Shown here: positions 60,943 through 64,000 of the stretch, one piece after another
Position numbering within the stretch: position 1 is the first letter of the stretch
How the letters are laid out: each line of letters opens with the position of its first letter
Assembly (NCBI GenBank): GCA_002633005.1
Contig: NMRA01000425.1
Span: 282,805 to 346,804, forward strand
Reading direction: 5' to 3'
Origin: Phoronis australis
Taxonomy: Eukaryota > Animalia > Phoronida
Length of the DNA stretch: 64,000 bases
Translations under genes and position numbers: made by a program
The notes under the pieces: model-generated
Database searches by the model: none
The model's input: only the letters and a program-made list of their open reading frames with translations
What the model was told of the DNA's origin: nothing

Positions 60943-63869
60943 CAGTTAGACCGGCAGCTCAGAGCACTTAGCATAGATGAACGAGGTACCAACATCTGAC
61001 CACGGGAGTATTTAAAGTCCACCTCAGTATGTACAGAAATGGACGTCTGCCGTTGTCTGCACTCTGGGTGTGACCCCTGGGGGCCTTACAAAGAGCCCAA
61101 AAAATGAGCTAAACTAGATATTCGAGGTACCAACCATGAAACTGATTTAAAATGAACAATAGTACCACACTGAACACCGAATGACCTATGACAGACAAAT
61201 TGCACTCTGGAATAGGTCCGGCAGAAACCAAAAAAGGACCCCCCCAAAAATGAGCTAGCACATACATTCGAGGTACCACACAAAACCAATTCCATGTGAT
61301 TCAATACATGTCACAGCTCACTAAAACCCGATGACAGACAAAATACACTCTGGCCGTCGGTGCCCGGCAGAAACTCCCAAAAATCTCAACCACGGTATGC
61401 CATCAAAAATTTGAGCTAGACTAGATTTTCGAGGTACCGGCCAAAACTGATTTAAAATGAACAATAGTACCGCACTGAACACCAAATGACCCATGACAGA
61501 CAAATTGCACTCTGGAATCGGTCCGGCAGAAACCAAAAAAGGACCCCCCAAAAATGAGCTAGCACATATACATTCGAGGTACCACACAAAAACAATTCCA
61601 TGTGATTCAATACATGTCACAGATCACTAAAACCCCTATGACAGACAAAATACACTCTGGGTTGTGCCCGGCAGAAACCCCCAAAAATCTCAAGGGTATG
61701 CCATCAAAATTTGATCTAGACTAGATTTGCGAGGTACCGGCCAAAACTGATTTAAAACGAACAATAGTACCGCACTGAACTCCAAATGACCCATGACAGA
61801 CAAATTGCACACTGGAATCGGTCCAGCAGAAACCAAAAAAGGACACACCCCCAAAAAATGAGCTAGCACATACATTTCAGGTACCACACAAAACCAATTC
61901 CATAAGGTTCAACACATGTCACAGGTCACTAAATGCCCTATGACAGACAAAATATACTCTGGATTGTGCCTGGAAGAAACCCTCAAAAATCTCAACCACA
62001 ATATATGCTATCAAAACTTTGAGGTACATTAGATACCTGAGGTACCGGCTAAAACTGACTTAAAACCAATAATCCACCAGATGACCNGCGCGCATGAAAT
62101 CTCACCACCATTTACTGATTTTTGACGTGAAACTGGGCATTTTGGTTTAACACCATGAAAACATTTGAAATTATTTTCGTTGCTTTTATGAACTATATTT
62201 TATCAATTACAGTTATTACCTTGTTCATTTTTCCGGTCATCTCTATTAATTTCAGATATCGGCCCGTCATTGACATCTTTGAATCCTCCCTTCATTAAAT
62301 AGGAGGCATATGTCTTCTAATTTTCTTCCGTCTGGGACATCTACGCTTATTAACTCTGAGAAGAAGCTGATAAGTGTCCCAGATGAGTCTTTCATCAGGA
62401 TTTCCAGAGGCCTCACATTTCCTTTCCTAAACAGTGCTGCTGTGACGCCACACCCTGTCATTGTATGCAATTTTCAGGCAATGCTGCAGCGAGACCCCTT
62501 GTTACCGAAACGCATCGTTGTTTATATATGTATTTAAATAGCATTGGGACTCCACCGCGTGGTTAGGGGGGATTTGTATTTTATCACGGAAGACATGTCG
62601 GCCATCGACAAATGACTCGGCGAAACTAAAACATTGCAAACACTATACACTACACTGAATTTCGACATAATGTAAAAATTTCTTCAAAAAGTTACCACTA
62701 GACATCTTGACACCCGTCTGCTTTTCGCTTTTAGTGATCATGAGAGTAAACACAGGCTTTAGTGAAAGAAAGTTCTTTATAATTAATTTTTGTTTCCTGC
62801 GGTCCCGCTTTTTGCAGTTAACTTAATAAATACACCACTTTTGTCACCAATTGTGTACTTCGATTTTCGTGGTGCAATTTTTAACATCTTGTTGTCCAGT
62901 TGTTTGGATTTTCCACCCGAGTACTTGAACTAGCAGGGGAAAGCTGCATGGACGATTGTACCTCCATTTTTAAGGTCCTTTCTGGGTTTTTTGCCCACTA
63001 CTTCCGAGTAAAATTTGTCTTTCACGGGTCATTGGGTGTTCAGTGCAGCACGATTGTTGGTTTTAAATCAGTTTAAGCCGATACCTTGAAAATCTAACTG
63101 TCTCAAAAATGGCAAACCGTGGTTGAGATTTTTGACGGTTTCTGCCAGGCTCAATCCAGAGTGTATTTTGTCTGCCGGTCATAGGGGTTTTAGTGATCTG
63201 TGACATGTATTGAATCATATGGAATTGGTTTTGTGTGGTACCTCGAATGTTGTGCTAGCTTATTTTTGGGGGGTTCTTTTTTGGTTTCTGCCGGACCCAT
63301 TCCAGAGTGCAATTTGTCTGTCATGAGTCATTTGGTGTTCAGTGCGGTACTATTGTTCGTTTTAAATCAGTTTTGGCCGGTACATCGAAAATCTAGTCTA
63401 GCTCAAATTTTTGATGGCATACCGTGGTTGAGATTTTTGGGGATTTCTGCCGGGCACAATACAGAGTGTAATTTGTCTGTCATAGGGCATTTAGTGATCT
63501 GTGACATGTACTGAATCATACGGAATTGGTTTTGTGTGGTACCTCGAATGTATGTGCTAGCTCATTTTTTGGGGGTCCTTTTTCGGTTTCTGCCGGACCT
63601 ATTCCAGAGTGCAATTTGTCTGTCATGGGTCATTCGGTGTTCAGTGCGGTACTATTGTTCGTTTTAAATCAGTTTTGGTTGGTACCTCGAATATCTAGTC
63701 TAGCTCCTTTTTTGGGCTCTTAGTGAGGCCCCCAGGGGTCACACCCAGAGTGCAGACAACGGCAGACGTCCATTTCTGTACATACTGAGGTGGACCTTAA
63801 ATGCTCCCGTGGTCAGATGTTGGTACCTCGTTCATCTATGCTAAGTGCTCTGGGCTGCCGGTCTAAGTG
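60943..63869. mobile_element. Foldback-type DNA transposon derivative: ~0.9-1.1-kb inverted arms built of ~300-bp tandem subrepeats
   Basis: CAGTTAGACCGGCAGCTCAGAGCACTTAGCATAGATGAACGAGGTACC... is inverted as ...GGTACCTCGTTCATCTATGCTAAGTGCTCTGGGCTGCCGGTCTAAGTG. Subrepeats are mirrored in both arms. N gap at 62087. Confidence 0.85.
62220..62500 (-). pseudogene. Decayed coding fragment inside the foldback element, resembling an H3TH/GCD-motif TE-borne protein
   Basis: Broken translation LAAALP..LHTMTGCGVTAALFRKGNVRPLEIL...KLEDICLL...FKDVN..RY resembles the HxxTGCDxxSAFxxKGK...CxLY...VNxxRY pattern I recall from invertebrate TE-borne proteins. Confidence 0.5.
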
Positions 63870-64000
63870 ACAAGCACCATGTATTTTTATAAATTCTCCC
63901 TTTGCCAGCTAAATTCATATATTATTACATTTTCGCATGATATTTTTTCTGGTACCTTATGTTCAAAGTTTCAACTTGAAATTTGTTCAGTCTTATTCGG

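Overview
AT-rich, intron-containing eukaryotic DNA from an invertebrate animal (probably a marine lophotrochozoan; the taxon cannot be fixed from sequence). I reconstructed four spliced genes by hand using GT-AG sites and reading-frame phase: (1) the 5' part of EFL1 on the minus strand, running off the left edge; (2) a complete 473-aa SAXO/FAM154 ciliary microtubule protein on the plus strand, head-to-head with EFL1; (3) a complete 13-exon, 517-aa mitochondrial ALDH2 on the minus strand; (4) a complete 6-exon, 224-aa NDUFS7 on the minus strand. Introns and intergenic DNA are full of minisatellites, MITEs, LINE 3' remnants, a tRNA-SINE, a Kolobok-like relic with a dead THAP domain and a 2.9-kb foldback element. 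The most notable object is a three-layer nested insertion in NDUFS7 intron 1. Its core is a ~0.5-kb non-coding LTR element (TRIM) with a tRNA-Ser primer-binding site, a polypurine tract and a tRNA-like Pol III promoter inside each LTR. Other leads are a repeat family carrying phased CTCF-like motifs, RFX X-boxes with a candidate internal promoter in SAXO, and a candidate poison microexon in NDUFS7. Several duplications abut single-N gaps and are probably assembly artefacts. All comparisons to human genes and named TE families are from memory and were not searched.
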